Below, in pieces: positions 1 through 14,574 of a DNA stretch of 64,000 bases. The position numbers and the translations under genes were made by a program. Numbering within the stretch: position 1 is the stretch's first letter; the number at the start of each line of letters is the position of its first letter. The DNA comes from Octopus vulgaris (Eukaryota): positions 83,576,001-83,640,000 of the forward strand of contig OX597831.1 of assembly GCA_951406725.2 (NCBI GenBank). Reading direction: 5' to 3'. The notes beneath the pieces are model-generated. The model was not told the DNA's origin. It saw only the letters and a list, made by a program, of their open reading frames with translations, and ran no database searches.

Positions 1-542
<542 letters not shown>

Positions 543-730
543 AAATGAGAAAATGGAGAAACATACCTAAATCAATCATCAACCATCAGATAATACCCAA
601 TCAATACTTTATTAAACCATTACACAACAGCAGTTATATTATACATAATATATTACAAATATAACAAGACATAGAAATAGAAATAGAAAATACATTTATA
701 TTATTTATATACACATACATATATATATAT

Positions 731-945
731 GAGATCGTTTGTTCCGACTGACATCTGGCAGCCAATATCTCTCGCGGGCGAGGACCTCGGCAGGAGACAC
801 AGATCGGGCAGTGGCATCGAACTCCCTTGTTGACCCAGTGCTACGTATCAGAGGTGGATTCACATATTAGTGTAGCTCATTCAGCGGTGGTGCCCCAGCA
901 TGTTTGCAGCCTTCGGGCTGAAACATTTTTAAGGATTTAAGAATT
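731..945 (+). mobile_element. 3' terminal fragment of an APE-type LINE
   Basis: Similar to 2540-2667 (gcatcgaactcccttgttga...gcggtggtgccccagcatg...ctgaaacatttttaagga); TA repeats on both sides. Confidence 0.75.
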
Positions 946-965
946 TATATACATACATATATATA

Positions 966-1325
966 TGTGGTGCCTAGGACTCCAAACCTGCCATCAAGAT
1001 GTAGGACAAGATTCTGTGATAGCCTGGGCTTCCGAGGCCCACAGCTCTTCAATATCCTCCCGAAGAACCTGAGAGACCTGCATGGGGTGGATACAGATGT
1101 CTTTAAAATGAAGCTGGATCTCTTCCTGTCAGGTGTCCCAGATGAACCAACTTCACGGCAGGAGGGGCAGATGAGGGCAGCTGCATCGAACTCTCTCATG
1201 CACCAAATAGCAGTTGCTAGAAAGCCTCCATGAAGTGAAACCAAGTAGCAACACCAAATGGCGGTGCCCCAGCATGGCCACAGCTCATAAGCTGAAACTA
1301 GAATCAATCAATCAATCAATCAATC
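966..1325 (+). mobile_element. 5'-truncated LINE (ORF2 C-terminus and 3' tail)
   Basis: Encodes GPQLFNILPKNLRDLHGV...FKMKLDLFLSGVPDEP; near-identical to 36101-36430; ends in (ATCA)n; flanked by TA repeats. Confidence 0.9.
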
Positions 1326-1488
1326 ATATATATAAATATATATATATACATATATATACATAGATATATATATTTATATTTAAATAATGAGGGAGATAAA
1401 TTGAATATTAATTTAATTAATATCAATTTAAAACCAGTAGCCTAGCATATAAAAATTTGAAAAATCCAAGAAAATTCCAATACATGTG

Positions 1489-1730
1489 TATATTTAGGGC
1501 TAAAAAACCACTATGTGGACAGCCATATGCTAGAAGTAGATCACATACGATCTAACTACAAAGAAAGAATGTTCTCCAGAGAAAATTCAGCGAACACCAG
1601 AACATAGGCGGGCAAGACAGATGAAAATTATATAAAAACCAATAATTAAGCGTATGTGACCGAATAAATTACTTACGTAACCCTTCGTCCATAGTATATA
1701 GCTGTCCACATAGTGGTTTTTTAGCCCTAA

Positions 1731-1734
<4 letters not shown>
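1489..1734. repeat. Short inverted-repeat element
   Basis: tatttagggctaaaaaaccactatgtggacagc at ~1491 recurs as its reverse complement at ~1700-1732. Confidence 0.8.
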
Positions 1735-1777
<43 letters not shown>

Positions 1778-1778
<1 letters not shown>

Positions 1779-2667
1779 GAGGACAACAACATGCAGTTTA
1801 ATGCAGGTAAGTTCCAGGCCCAGCGCTACCCGCACACAAAGGTAAACGACGTGCAGACTGGATACACTGGCCCAGGAAGAATTGCAATCCCTGAGTCAAA
1901 ATCAGTGCGTGACCTGGGCATTGACATGAGCAATGATGCATCTTCCCAAGTGCATATTACTAATCTGGTGATAAAATGCAGACGGCTAGCTGGATGGATT
2001 CTCCGAACTTTCAGAACAAGAGAGAAGGAGACACTGATGGTCCTCTGGAAAACATTCGTCCTCCGCCGCTTGGACTACTGCTCCCAACTGTGGTCACCAC
2101 ACAATATAAAACTAACAGCAGGACTCGAAGCAATTCAGAGAAGCTACACAAAGAATATCGTCTCAATGCAAAATATCAGCTACTGGGAAAGACTGAAGGT
2201 AGTAAACCTCTTCTCCCTAGAGCGGAGGCGGGAGATATATGCGGTGATATACATCTGGAAAATCCTGGAGGGTCTTGTCCCAAACTTTGGCATTCAAAGT
2301 TACCCCAACGGCAGAACGGGGCGTCACTGCATGGTGCCAAGGATTCCAGCATCACCATCAAAATACAGGTCCAGATATTGCAACAGCTTGAGTTTCAGAG
2401 GACCACAGCTCTTTAACATCCTCCCTAAATGCCTGAGAGACTTACATGGTGTGGATGTGGGTTTCTTTAAAACTAAACTGGATCTCTTCTTGTCGGGAGT
2501 CCCAGATGAACCTACCTCACGACAGGAGACGCGGATGCGGGCAGCAGCATCGAACTCCCTTGTTGATCAAGTGCCACGTATCAAAGGTGGATTCACAAAT
2601 TAGTGTAGCTCATTCAGCGGTGGTGACCCAGCATGGCCGCGGCCTTCGGGCTAAGACATTTTTAAGG
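1778..2667 (+). mobile_element. 5'-truncated LINE, RT C-terminal region and 3' UTR
   Basis: ORF 1791-2603: MQFNAGKFQ...VRDLGI...LDYCSQLWSP...SLERRRE, typical of non-LTR ORF2 C-termini; TA repeats on both sides. Confidence 0.92.
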
Positions 2668-2695
2668 ATATATATATATATATATATATATATAA

Positions 2696-2721
2696 ATTTT
2701 TGCTGAACTTATCTATCATAC

Positions 2722-2768
<47 letters not shown>

Positions 2769-2792
2769 GTATGGTAGATAAGTTCAGCAAAA
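2696..2792. repeat. Inverted repeat around a (TA)n tract
   Basis: ttttgctgaacttatctatcataccca ... tgggtatggtagataagttcagcaaaa. Confidence 0.85.
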
Positions 2793-2938
2793 CATTTTCA
2801 TCAACTTTTAGACATTGTATTATGACAATTACAAGAATATACATACATGTATAACATATTATGCTTTACATATAAAATATATAAAGATACCAGTAATTAT
2901 TAAAATATATAACATACAGGAATATAAATTGGGAAAAT

Positions 2939-3062
2939 ATCTTACAGCTGTTTCAGCCAAAACGCAAAAATACCTCATGGTACATTTATCCCTCCAGTAG
3001 ACTGAAGTAATTAGTAGATGAAATTGAGGTACTTGGGTGATTCTCTAGGCTTCCTTAGAGAT
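2939..3062 (-). ncRNA. Degenerate hammerhead ribozyme motif with long stem II insert
   Basis: Minus strand: AUCU CUAAGGA AGCC..~90 nt..GGCU GAAA CAGCUG UA AGAU. Stems I and II pair, but core G5 is replaced by A. Confidence 0.6.
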
Positions 3063-3119
3063 TTTAGAAAGTACATATGGTTAAGTTATAAATATACACA
3101 CATTTACATACTTATACAT

Positions 3120-4070
<951 letters not shown>

Positions 4071-4625
4071 ATGGGATTGTCCGGAAAGTTCGTGCCGATT
4101 TTAATAGGAGGGAAGAATGTAAATAAATATTTGCCATTACATTTTTAATCAACCAAATATGAACCATTTTGTTGCACAATGCGTCTCCATCTGTCCTTTA
4201 ACTTGAAAATACCCTCTTCACAGAATTGATGTGGTTTCTTGGCAAATAATTCATTAACGTCATCCAAGGAATTGAAATTTTTACCATTAAGACTATTCTG
4301 CAGAGACCTGAATAAGGGGAAATCCGAAGGAGCAATATCTGGTGAATATGGAGGGTGGGGTAACACATCTCAGCCGAGCTGCAGCAATTTTTGCCTGGTT
4401 CCCAAAGCATGAAGTGTCGAAAATGAACTTTCTTATCTTCCATTTTAAAGGATTACAGAATTAACACAGTTTATAGGAACATAAACCTTCTTCCACGAAA
4501 AGATAGCTTAAACTGTGCTCTAAATGGAGGTGTAGTCAAATCCTATTTTATGGACTCAGCCATGTCCTAAAATATGTTGAAAGGTAAGCTACTATACAGC
4601 GGCACGAACCTTCCGGACAACCCAA
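4071..4625 (-). mobile_element. Internally deleted mariner (Tc1/mariner) element
   Basis: TIRs ttgtccggaaagttcgtgccg / cggcacgaaccttccggacaa in TA context; N-terminal MEDKKVHFRHFML joined to C-terminal HPPYSPDIAPSDF...[13 protein letters not shown]. Confidence 0.93.
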
Positions 4626-4641
4626 TATATATACATGTATA

Positions 4642-5004
4642 GGGAAAAGTAAGAAGAAATATAAGCGAAAAGGCACATTAGAAATCAAAAGATGTAAAGG
4701 CTTTTTATGAAAAGTAACGATAGATATATACAATTAGATGAACTGAGGTAGGAATAAAAGTCATTATTGTGAATTGCTAAAGAGATTTAAAAACATACCC
4801 GTTTCGTGTGCATTTAAAGTAATGATTAGTAAATTTACGAAACCGGTATGCTTTGAAATCTCTTTAACAATTCACAATAATGACTCTTTTATTCTTACCC
4901 CAGTTCATCTAATTGTATATATCTATCGTTACTTTTCATAAAAAGCCTTTACTTTCTTTGATTTCCAATGTGCATTCTCGCTTATTTTTCTTCTTACTTT
5001 CCCC
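4642..5004. repeat. ~165-bp-arm imperfect palindrome (foldback)
   Basis: 4642-4806 is the approximate reverse complement of 4837-5004 (e.g. gtaacgatagatatatacaattagatgaactg / cagttcatctaattgtatatatctatcgttac). Confidence 0.9.
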
Positions 5005-5732
5005 TTACATTTCCACGTGTAGTTTCTATTGAACCCCGAGTGCGAAACCGATTGGTAAGATACATAATACTGTACACTTCGATTAATATACCCACTCTAC
5101 TGACAGATACAAGAGTGCATTTTCCTGACTTATGGACGCTTAGACGGCTTACACACACACACACACACCCTATACACATGCATGCATATATACACACAAA
5201 CATGTTTCTATCCATACATTCATACCCATTTACATATGCTTATGTATATTTACAAAATATGTATATTTACAGAAGCGTGTGTGCGCGTGCTTATGTGTGT
5301 GCGTGTGTGTGCATGTGTGTGTGTTGTGTCTTAATTAGTTTTAATTAAACAAAAATGAGTAAATAATTTTTCGCGACGTCGATTTTATAATTTGACACTA
5401 CTATTGATAGTTCTGGTATTTTATTTTGACGAGTGTATTCCCGCCCCGCCCCGCCACGCTTCATTTAGAAGCAGCCATCTTTATTGGTAATGATATTTAA
5501 TGATGATGGATGATGACTGGTGATGATTTTGACATAAGAATTATAAAAGCAAGTAAAGCAAAATGATTGATTGAAAGAAAAGAAATTTTATTAGTTACTT
5601 AAAATAGGTTACTGTTACTTATAGGTTAATGTTAGGGCGTGCTCATTTTAGGATATCATACTACTACTACTGCTACTTAAAGGCACAATATAGAATATAG
5701 ATAAGAGTAGCAAATGTATTAAAACATGTAGG

Positions 5733-6522
5733 CATTACATGGAAAAGTGCAAGCAAGAAAAATAATGTTCTTGAGATTATAAACCTGGAAAAGTACAGGA
5801 CAAGTTATGACACTTGGAAAAGTTCAGGGCAAGTTATTTCATCTGGTAAAATACAGAACACGAAAATTTTTACTTACAATATTGCAGCTGAGGATAAAAT
5901 TTCAAATAAAATATTTAGCTTTAGAAAATATTAGCTTTTATTAAAACTAAAAATTTTATTACAAGTTTTACTTCTCTTTGTTATTACTTGTTACTTCTAT
6001 TAAAGATAAGAACTTAAAATATTTTTTGCACTTTAAAAAAATTCATTCTTTAAATTATCAATTAATAATTAGAAATTTGAAATTAGGTAATAAAAGATAA
6101 TAGTAATACATAGTTAATACAATAAATATAATAATACAAACAACAAATTAACAATAAAATTTGCTTGAGTTATTGCCTAAGTTATTGCCAAGTCTTCACA
6201 TTTTAGTCTTGAACCAATGCCTGTTTTTTACAAAATGAATTTGCCTACCATATATACTGTTCTACTTTGCATAAAACTTTAGCTTTATTGGTACTTCTGG
6301 CTCTCATTTTATAAGTATTCTAGTGTTTTAACAAAATTATGGTACCTTTTTTTATTATAATGTTATTTTGAAAATTAAAACCAATTCATTTTTGATATTC
6401 AAATTTTATCCTTAGCTGCAATATTTTAAGTAAAAAATGTTCTTGTTCTGTACTTTACCAGATGAAATAACTTGCCCAGTACTTTTCCATGTTTATAATC
6501 TTGCTCGCATTTTTCCATGTAA
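5733..6522. mobile_element. MITE-like element with long TIRs
   Basis: 5733-5910 is inverted relative to ~6395-6522 (gggcaagttatttcatctggtaaa / tttaccagatgaaataacttgccc); internal tggaaaagtacagg subrepeats; AT-rich core. Confidence 0.75.
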
Positions 6523-8004
6523 TCCATGTTTTTTCCAGGCCATGCTATTCAATGTGTCAATTAGCGCTCTATCATTTAAGCTTAATTAGAATATAGTTTG
6601 TTTTTAAAATAAAAATGTTAATTATACTTAAATCCAATTTTTTGCCTTACCTTTTTTCAACATTTTTAATACAATTTTTTGTTGCATGAGACCAAAACTA
6701 TGAAAATTTTCATACTTTCTTCTATCATTAAGATAAATATTTTTTGCCTTTAAAATGAAAAAGTTATTCAGATTTAAACTTGATTGGTGGCGTTACTTAC
6801 AAATTTTGCTACAACATTGCTACAAATTTTGATGTAAACTTTTTCCTACTGGGTCAAATCTTAATTAGTTTTATGCCAAAATGTAGCTAGGGACCAGTCC
6901 TCTTCAAAAATGTTAAGTTTTTTATTTGGTTAAGAACTGAATTAGCGACAAGCTCTGAAAGGTACTGCTTGTGAGTAAATTGCGGCCTAAAGAATATCAT
7001 CCAACTACTACCGTAGTTAAATATCTTAAGTATGGTGATATGTATGACAACAGATATATCTAAATCAAGTCGCCTGGTGATATAAATATTAAAACAATGT
7101 TGGTGTATTTTTCCGCGCATTGTTATACCTATAACAATCTGTGGAGGCCTTTACAGAACAATATACAATGATTTTTTTAAATCACTTGAAGATGAAGGAC
7201 AGCTCACAGTATTTTGTTGGTAATGCTCCATCATGGACTTATAAAATAACAAATTTGAGTGTGATGTCAGATGTTCAAATCTTACCTTTTATTCAATGCA
7301 TTACGTTTCCATTTTCCGATTCCTCCACATGTCCCCTAGAACTTCTCCAGCGGTACGTAGCCCTATCACTTAGTTAACACTTAATGTTTTAAGGAGCCTA
7401 AATTTGGTGCCAGTCCATAAAATTCATAAATCATATCAGAAAAAAAAAAGACATAGTTTGAAATAAATCATTATGATATTGTGAAATATTACAAAGTAAT
7501 TATTCATTCCACAATGATTACATTGAAAGTATTTTCAGAACTTATTTTGAGAAACACTTGGAATTCACGTAAGTGCATTTCTCAGTTCTACTTTAAAAGT
7601 ATAAAGCCTTGGGCTCCTGGCAGAACACAAACACTGGAGTTAACATAAATGTTTGACGTAGCTGGAGTTTTAACAGCAGCTGGTGGTTAATCGAATTGTT
7701 TTTAGAAGAGGCTTGAAAGTGACGTTTGTGACGTTCATAGTGCGAATATGTATAGAAGTATACAATTTTCTCAAGCACCACGCTGTTGTTTTTGCAGGCG
7801 ATTTTGATATAATCTTTTTGAACTGATCAATTTTGTTATCTGTCTTTTCTATCAACTATTTTTAAACATAAAATTTAGCCCTGGTGTGAAAAGAAACAAA
7901 ATAGTTAAACGACAGATTCAATTTCTCTGTGGGCACCGTGTTTATTTTTCACAGCCACACTAAAATTGTACGTCTATTAAAGAAAATGTACCACTACAAC
8001 AAAT

Positions 8005-8425
8005 ACTGGTTTCAAATTTTGACACAATGCCAGAAGTTCGAGGTATTTACTTAATCGATTTCGAAAGAATGAAAGGAAAAAAATCAACCTCGACTGAATT
8101 TGAACTCGGAACGTGAAGACGGATGATATGCTACCGTGGAATTTTAGTTTACAGATAGACCACTAAATAATAACATATAATAAATTTGATACCACTTTCC
8201 ATAAAAATAATCCTGTCTATTATAGGTACAAGGCCTGAAATTTTGGGGAGGGGGATAGTCGATTACATCGATCAATCGACTCGCAAGGATAAAAGGTAAA
8301 GTTGACCTCGGTGGAATTTGAACTTAGAACGTGAAGACGGACGAAATGCTACCGTGGAAATTTAGTTTACAGATAGACCATTAAATAATAACATATAATA
8401 ATTTTGATACCACTTTCCTTAAAAA
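8005..8425 (-). mobile_element. Two degenerate SINE copies with a local tandem duplication
   Basis: gacctcggcggaatttgaactc-type motif; ~8088-8205 duplicated at ~8305-8425. Confidence 0.6.
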
Positions 8426-8456
8426 TAATGACAATAACATATTATCGGCATAAATA

Positions 8457-8924
8457 GACGCAGGCGAGGCTGCGTGGTAAGAAGCTTGCTTCCCAATAAC
8501 ATGTTTCGGGGTTCAGTCCCATTGCGTGACACTTTGGGCAAGTGTCTTCTACTATAGCCCCGGGCCGACCAAAGCCTTATGAGTAGATTTAGTAGGCGGA
8601 AACTGAAAGAAGACCGTCGTATATATATATATAACACCAGGCACTTTGAGAGTCATTTCCAATGCGTCAAATCGCAACCGACTGGCGAATTAGCAAGGCA
8701 CATACATTGTGTATGTGTTCGATAATATTTGCATCACTCGCGCTGCTTCTAATTCATGTGCTGGTGTGTTTACGTCCTTGTAACTTAGCGGTCCGGTTAA
8801 AGAGGCCAATTGAATAAGTACCAGACTTAACAAAAAAAATTCTGGGGTCGATACATTCGACTAAAAATTCTTCAAGGTGGTGCCCCAGCATGGTCACAAT
8901 CTAATGACTGAAACAAGTAAAAGA
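8457..8924 (+). mobile_element. tRNA-derived SINE (head, internal microsatellite, LINE-like tail)
   Basis: A-box-like ggctgcgtggtaag and B-box-like ggttcagtccc; TA repeat at ~8620; tail ggtgccccagcatgg...actgaaacaagtaaaaga shared with LINE 3' ends. Confidence 0.85.
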
Positions 8925-9931
8925 TATCAATATTAAATAGCCACAATATACTGCAGAAGGGAAATGAAACGTGAAAAAAGTTACTGGGAACTGTGGTTAC
9001 GGAATTTTATTTGTAATTGGCACGAATGCTATGCTACCTATTCATTTCTGTAAGATAAAGAGATTTTTCAGAAAACAGTAAAATCAAGATCTGTAAATAT
9101 TTCTACACCAGACTCTCATATGAAATGTGTCAACCATGAACAGTTTTGTTAACCTTCAACATTTCCGTTTGAATATCTTGTCAATCTTGAACTTTTCTAA
9201 GCCTGGTTTTCGATATTTACTCAATTCTTGTTTCAAGGAATGAAACCCTAAGTGGATTTACCAAAACATAAACAGCAGCACCAGCACCACCAACAACAAC
9301 AACACCAACAGCAACACAAATAATAACCTGATGAATTCAATCAACGCATAGGTAGCTGCCGTCGCTCTTTGTAGAGTTGGAATAGTGAATCGGACAAAAG
9401 GCGAAACAGTGATATTAGAGAGAAAATAAGAAGATCCCAACTGTGCACAGAATACCATCCTAAAGAAGTGTCAGTCGTTTATACATGAAACAGAAGCTTG
9501 GAGGGAAAGGACGTATTAGTATTCTTGACTGTGTGAATGAAGAACTAAAGTCAACAAGCGCCTACCTTGCAAAGAGTGAAGAAAAATTGCTTAAACATGC
9601 TGCAGTAGAACACGAACTGACTGAATTATTAAAGTTGAAAAGAAGAAAGTATATCAGAGGAGAATAATTTGTAAAAAAGAAAAAGGGAAGTGTGAGGAGA
9701 AATGGAGTTAGGTGGACAGTTCTACAAGTGGTACAATCATGTAGAAGAAAAAGGCACTATCTGAAGGGGCTGAACCAAAAATTATATGGAATTTTGACAT
9801 TTAGGCAGATGGAACAGTTGAACGCCATAAAGCATGACATAAAAAAAGAGAATGTCTTGATCAATAGCAGAAGTAGTTGGGGAGCATCAGAGCCATCTGT
9901 TGAGATGAATTCTTTGGAGTTTGAATAATTT

Positions 9932-10210
9932 TCCTCTGGACACATGGGCGTTTTTGTTCATCATCCATAAACAAACCCTATTCAGGGACCTTTTGAGTAG
10001 GGTGGGCTACTCGACCTTAAGAAAATTCTAACTGGGCCCCACCCGCAAGGTCATTTTGTATTTATCTTTATATCAAATCACCATGTTGCGCATTTATGGT
10101 TGTGATGCATGTGCCTTGTGTATCGTTATCAGACGGGTAGCCATGATGGGTATACCGGGCTTCGTACATTTTACTCTAGTGTCACTTCGATGGCATGCAC
10201 TGCTCTCTCA
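9932..10210 (+). mobile_element. Non-autonomous repeat ending at (AAT)n
   Basis: Reverse-complement match to 57959-58240 (aaattctaactgggccccacc, ccatgatgggtatac, tgcactgctctctc). Confidence 0.75.
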
Positions 10211-10219
10211 ATAATGATG

Positions 10220-10274
<55 letters not shown>

Positions 10275-10304
10275 CAATAATTTGTGCATGTATGAGTCTG
10301 TCTG

Positions 10305-10339
<35 letters not shown>

Positions 10340-10391
10340 GTCTGTCTGTCCGTCCGTCCGTCCGTCCGTCCATCCATCCATCCATCCATCC

Positions 10392-10430
<39 letters not shown>

Positions 10431-10491
10431 CGTCCGTCCATCCATCCATCCATCCATCCATCCATCCGTCCGTCCGTCCGTCCGTCCGTCC

Positions 10492-10546
<55 letters not shown>

Positions 10547-10579
10547 CGTCCGTCCGTCCGTCCATCCATCCATCCATCC

Positions 10580-10647
<68 letters not shown>

Positions 10648-10660
10648 GTCTGTCTGTCTA
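10211..10660. repeat. (AAT)n followed by compound TCTA/TCTG/TCCG/TCCA microsatellite
   Basis: Read directly from the sequence. Confidence 0.97.
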
Positions 10661-10979
10661 AAGCGCGAGATCCTATGGTTCGTGTTACCTTTCTCCTTCT
10701 ATGTTAAATCCATACCTAAATTTCTTTAAATTTCTAAACTCGATTTTCCTATCACAGCATAAATATTACCCTATCTTCAATAAATAATCTATTAAAATCT
10801 CTTACTCCACCTAATTTAGGATTCCTCTAACAGACGCAGACTCCAAAGTCTGTCCTTAGTCCCGTCAATCAACCCCACTGAACACCAATCCACCTAGTTG
10901 CAATAATACGACTCAATAATACCAACCTCAATGCTTCTCCCATTATGACCACATATACTAGCGGTGATATCATAGAACT

Positions 10980-12540
10980 TGACCTTCCCAGCGATCATTT
11001 CCAACCCTAGGGCAGGCAGGAAAACCTGCAATTTCCGAGTGTCTTAACTCTGCTCACTCTAAGGTTTCTGTCTACGCAAAAACGTAGATTACAAATGCTG
11101 AATAGAAACACCGCGTTCCCACAAGCAAGGATCTATATTGGCCGGCACTGTTGATTTCAAGCGCTGCTACAGAACAAACATGAACTCTTTCTTCAATCCA
11201 AATTCTAAATTATCTACCTCCTTAGCAACTTATATACGCAACCTCAAATCCCACAACATTACCCATACTCTATCCTGGTCCACCGTAAGTGAGGCTCCCT
11301 CATACAGCGCTAACCTTGGCATTTGTAAATTGTGTTTAAGGGAATTGCTAAACCTCCTCCGCAACCACAACCCGTGATTAATAGATTCTTAGATGTAATA
11401 CTTTCTTGTAAGCAGAGGTTCTACTCATCGTTTGCCCATTTTGTTAAATCTATGTAATCTCCTAATTACTACTAACCTTGATAATGATGAACCTGAAGGT
11501 ACGATTACCTCACATTAGCAATTTACCTCTTCCACTAATACCACCCGTTCAACTAAATTATTCCTTCTTACCATTACTTCTGCACATTCCTCCTACCCAG
11601 CTCTTCCCAGTCCCTTATAGCCACCCCATCCTCATACGTTGTATTCTTTCTCCATCTTCTATCTCCTCTTCAAATAAAACCACTTTCAACTACTCCATTG
11701 CCTTAGCAACCAGCCTATCCACACCTCCCTCTCTATCAACCTCCCTCTATTTACTTTCATACGCTTCTACATGCCACAGTACTCTCCCTCTGCCGTCAAC
11801 ACACGTTTCTTACTTGATCCCCCCCTCCAACCTAAACCATGTAGCACTAACTATTGCTGCTTCGACTACACACCTCCCTCTATCTTCTTTTATGCCTTAG
11901 TAATCTCCCTCCGACGCCAACCAAACTTCTTTATTGGAATTCCCCTTTAGCCACATTATTAGCATCTATTAATTAGACCCTTTGCCCTCCCCTTTGCCCT
12001 CACTGTCTCAACTTCCCATAAAACCTAAATTTTAACATCTATTCACGAATCCAACAGCTGACCATCCTTCAAATGCTACCCATCTCCCCCTCCCACTCAG
12101 TTTCCAACTCTCCACCTCTACCACTTCTCTCGATACCCTGATATTGTTAACCTCCTTCATCGTCCTGAACTGACTCTCTTATCTCCTCTCCCCTTTCCCT
12201 GCCTCAACACTCCCCACACCTCCACCGAGTCACCTACTTCCTCCCTCCAATATTGCTTGCTCTTCACCTTTAAACTTCTCTGTATCATGATCTGAAATGT
12301 AAGATTATCCTTCTTCCCTGAGGACGAAGGCTTGGTTTATCCAATGTTTATTAGATTCTGTTTCTGGCTGTGTCTTTTGATGAACTATATCTACCAACAT
12401 TATGATGAATCTCCGACCCCCCAGACACAGCTGTCGGACTTGTAACAGCTTACCTCCTCCCCTTTAATTTTTTCTGTCGTTTGTACCCTGTGATCTACCA
12501 AGATATAAGTTTGATCTACCAATATATAAATGTATATATT
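10980..12540 (+). mobile_element. Penelope-like element remnant (GIY-YIG endonuclease C-terminus and 3' region)
   Basis: FKRCYRTNMNSF...STSLATYIRNLK...LSW..V..A.SY....ICKLCLREL matches the PLE GIY-YIG pattern; degenerate hammerhead at 12315-12438. Confidence 0.75.
12315..12438 (+). ncRNA. Degenerate hammerhead motif at the 3' end of the Penelope remnant
   Basis: UCC CUGAGGA ...~100 nt... GACA CAGCUG UC GGA; GAAA is changed to GACA. Confidence 0.45.
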
Positions 12541-12620
12541 TTAATACTTAAGTATTCATCGTCTGAAAATTTTCAGACTTTGCTTTTTTTCTGGTTACGT
12601 TTACACATACACGCACGCAC

Positions 12621-12728
<108 letters not shown>

Positions 12729-13770
12729 GCACATTGTGTAAATCAAAACCAAGCTGTTATATTTAATTGGTTATCCATATAATTGTCTTTCTCTATAAAT
12801 ATATGCACGTATATGCACCTACACACATTGTTTTATCAATAGCTGACACATTACATTTTGTCAGCTCAAAGTTTGACCATTATGTAATGGACTGCAAGTT
12901 CTGTGATTCAACCCTCTTATATTCTTATATTCTTATATTCTTATATTCAGGCATATTTTACTGTTACAATTATTATTACAAATTATGTAGTTGTTTCAAA
13001 GTCCTAAGCACTGGTTTTCATTGGTTGATGCGGCAGGAGTTGGGGTGTGACAAGGAATCTATATGTTGAACAGATTTATGTTATTTATACTTTTTCATGG
13101 ACATTCATGTGTAAATTTAAGTAAAATTATGTTTTAAGAAAAAGAATCGTTGGAGGAAGTTTCATATATTTTCATACATTTTTTTTTTTTACAAATAAGT
13201 TGAGGGAGATATATTTAAAAAGAGATTACTACAGCGAGAGTGTTATTTTAAGTTTTGAATTACTTAAGAAAAAATGGTTTAAACATAAAAGGGTGATTCA
13301 GATGTTCATTTCATAAAGACATTGTTCCAGTTCCGTTCCCACTGTATGCCTTATTTTGAGCATGTCTTTAGTCACAAGCTCGAGTTGAAGAGTTCCTTGT
13401 GGGTGGGATTTGACTGACAAAAAATACGTCGGAACCGGTCCTATGTGTGTGTGCGTGAAACAACCAAAAAAAGCCGAACAAACTCCATTGAGGTATTTAG
13501 CTAGTTTAATGGTTTGGCATGCCGCTTTCTCGCCACTGTCACAAATAGAAGAGGCAGCGAACGCGCTGTTTTCTGATTGGCTGAAAATCCTGAAAATTAT
13601 CAAACTTTGAACACCTGTAACATTTTCGGAAATTTTTTCTGTAATAAATGAATAACAAATTCGGAGCCAGCGTAAAAAATTATATCTATATGATACATTA
13701 AAAAATTGCTTTAAAGATTTTGACATGCAGTGACTAAAACCAAAAAGATCCAGCAGTCAACTCCACCCGA

Positions 13771-14393
13771 TGTCACGATTCTCTAGAAGATTACCCACGT
13801 GATAAAAAAAACCCCTAACCAATCACGACGTCGAGTGGAATCATCTCCAGCAACGATTTTGGTGCGCTTCTTTCTGAGACTAACCATCAGTATAAATTCG
13901 ATACACCTTAGATACTTTGTAGTGACCTTTGGGATGCAGCAGAGAGAGCGTTGACAAACAGCATAGAAGGTGGCCAACAGAGACAACAGACAGCAGCTGA
14001 CAATACAAAGGCAATGAAGAGTCGGAGGACGAAAGACAGAAGCCGGGTGTTCGGTAAGCAGCTGCTACAGCTGCACCGAGAACAGTAATACTCAAAACTC
14101 TCGACGTTCTGTCGTTCGTAGTAACGACGTTACTTGGTTTTTGTTTATGGGAAGTATAAAACTTTTATCCAAAATCCAAAAAGATTCCAGCCTCAATTTC
14201 GTACACATATGATTCCACCTCTAGGTGTGTTGTAAATAAAGAAAGCATTGATTAAAGAGTGAACCTAATAAAGTATTTTAATATCTAGTGTGTAGCGAGT
14301 TTGGAGTAAGGATTCGGTAGAGACTATCGGGTCTAGGTTTCCAGTAACTCCAAGTAGTATCTATTGTGACTATGGTGGACTGTGAATATCACA
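13771..14393 (+). mobile_element. Possible solo LTR or promoter-like segment
   Basis: Begins TGTCACG and ends CACA; CCAAT (~13819), TATAAA (~13891) and AATAAA (~14235, ~14267) in LTR order; CpG-rich for this window; no target-site duplication found. Confidence 0.45.
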
Positions 14394-14574
14394 AATAATC
14401 AGTGTAGTCTCGTATCTTGAGCTGTGCCATATCTCATTCAATAATAAAAGTGAGTGAAAATAAAATATTTTCTTCTGAGGCAAATTGACATTTAGGAGAA
14501 TATTTACAGAAATCTCCTCAGCAGTTTCTTCTCTCTGTTTCCCAATCCCTCGGTTCTCCTCTTTAAATCCCTCT

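Noticed and set aside
8457-8535. Possible tRNA gene
   Set aside because: tRNA-like A/B boxes run into a SINE body found in several copies; no complete cloverleaf seen.
10109-10729. 206-aa and DGRT/DRQT-repeat ORFs
   Set aside because: Produced by tri- and tetranucleotide repeats.
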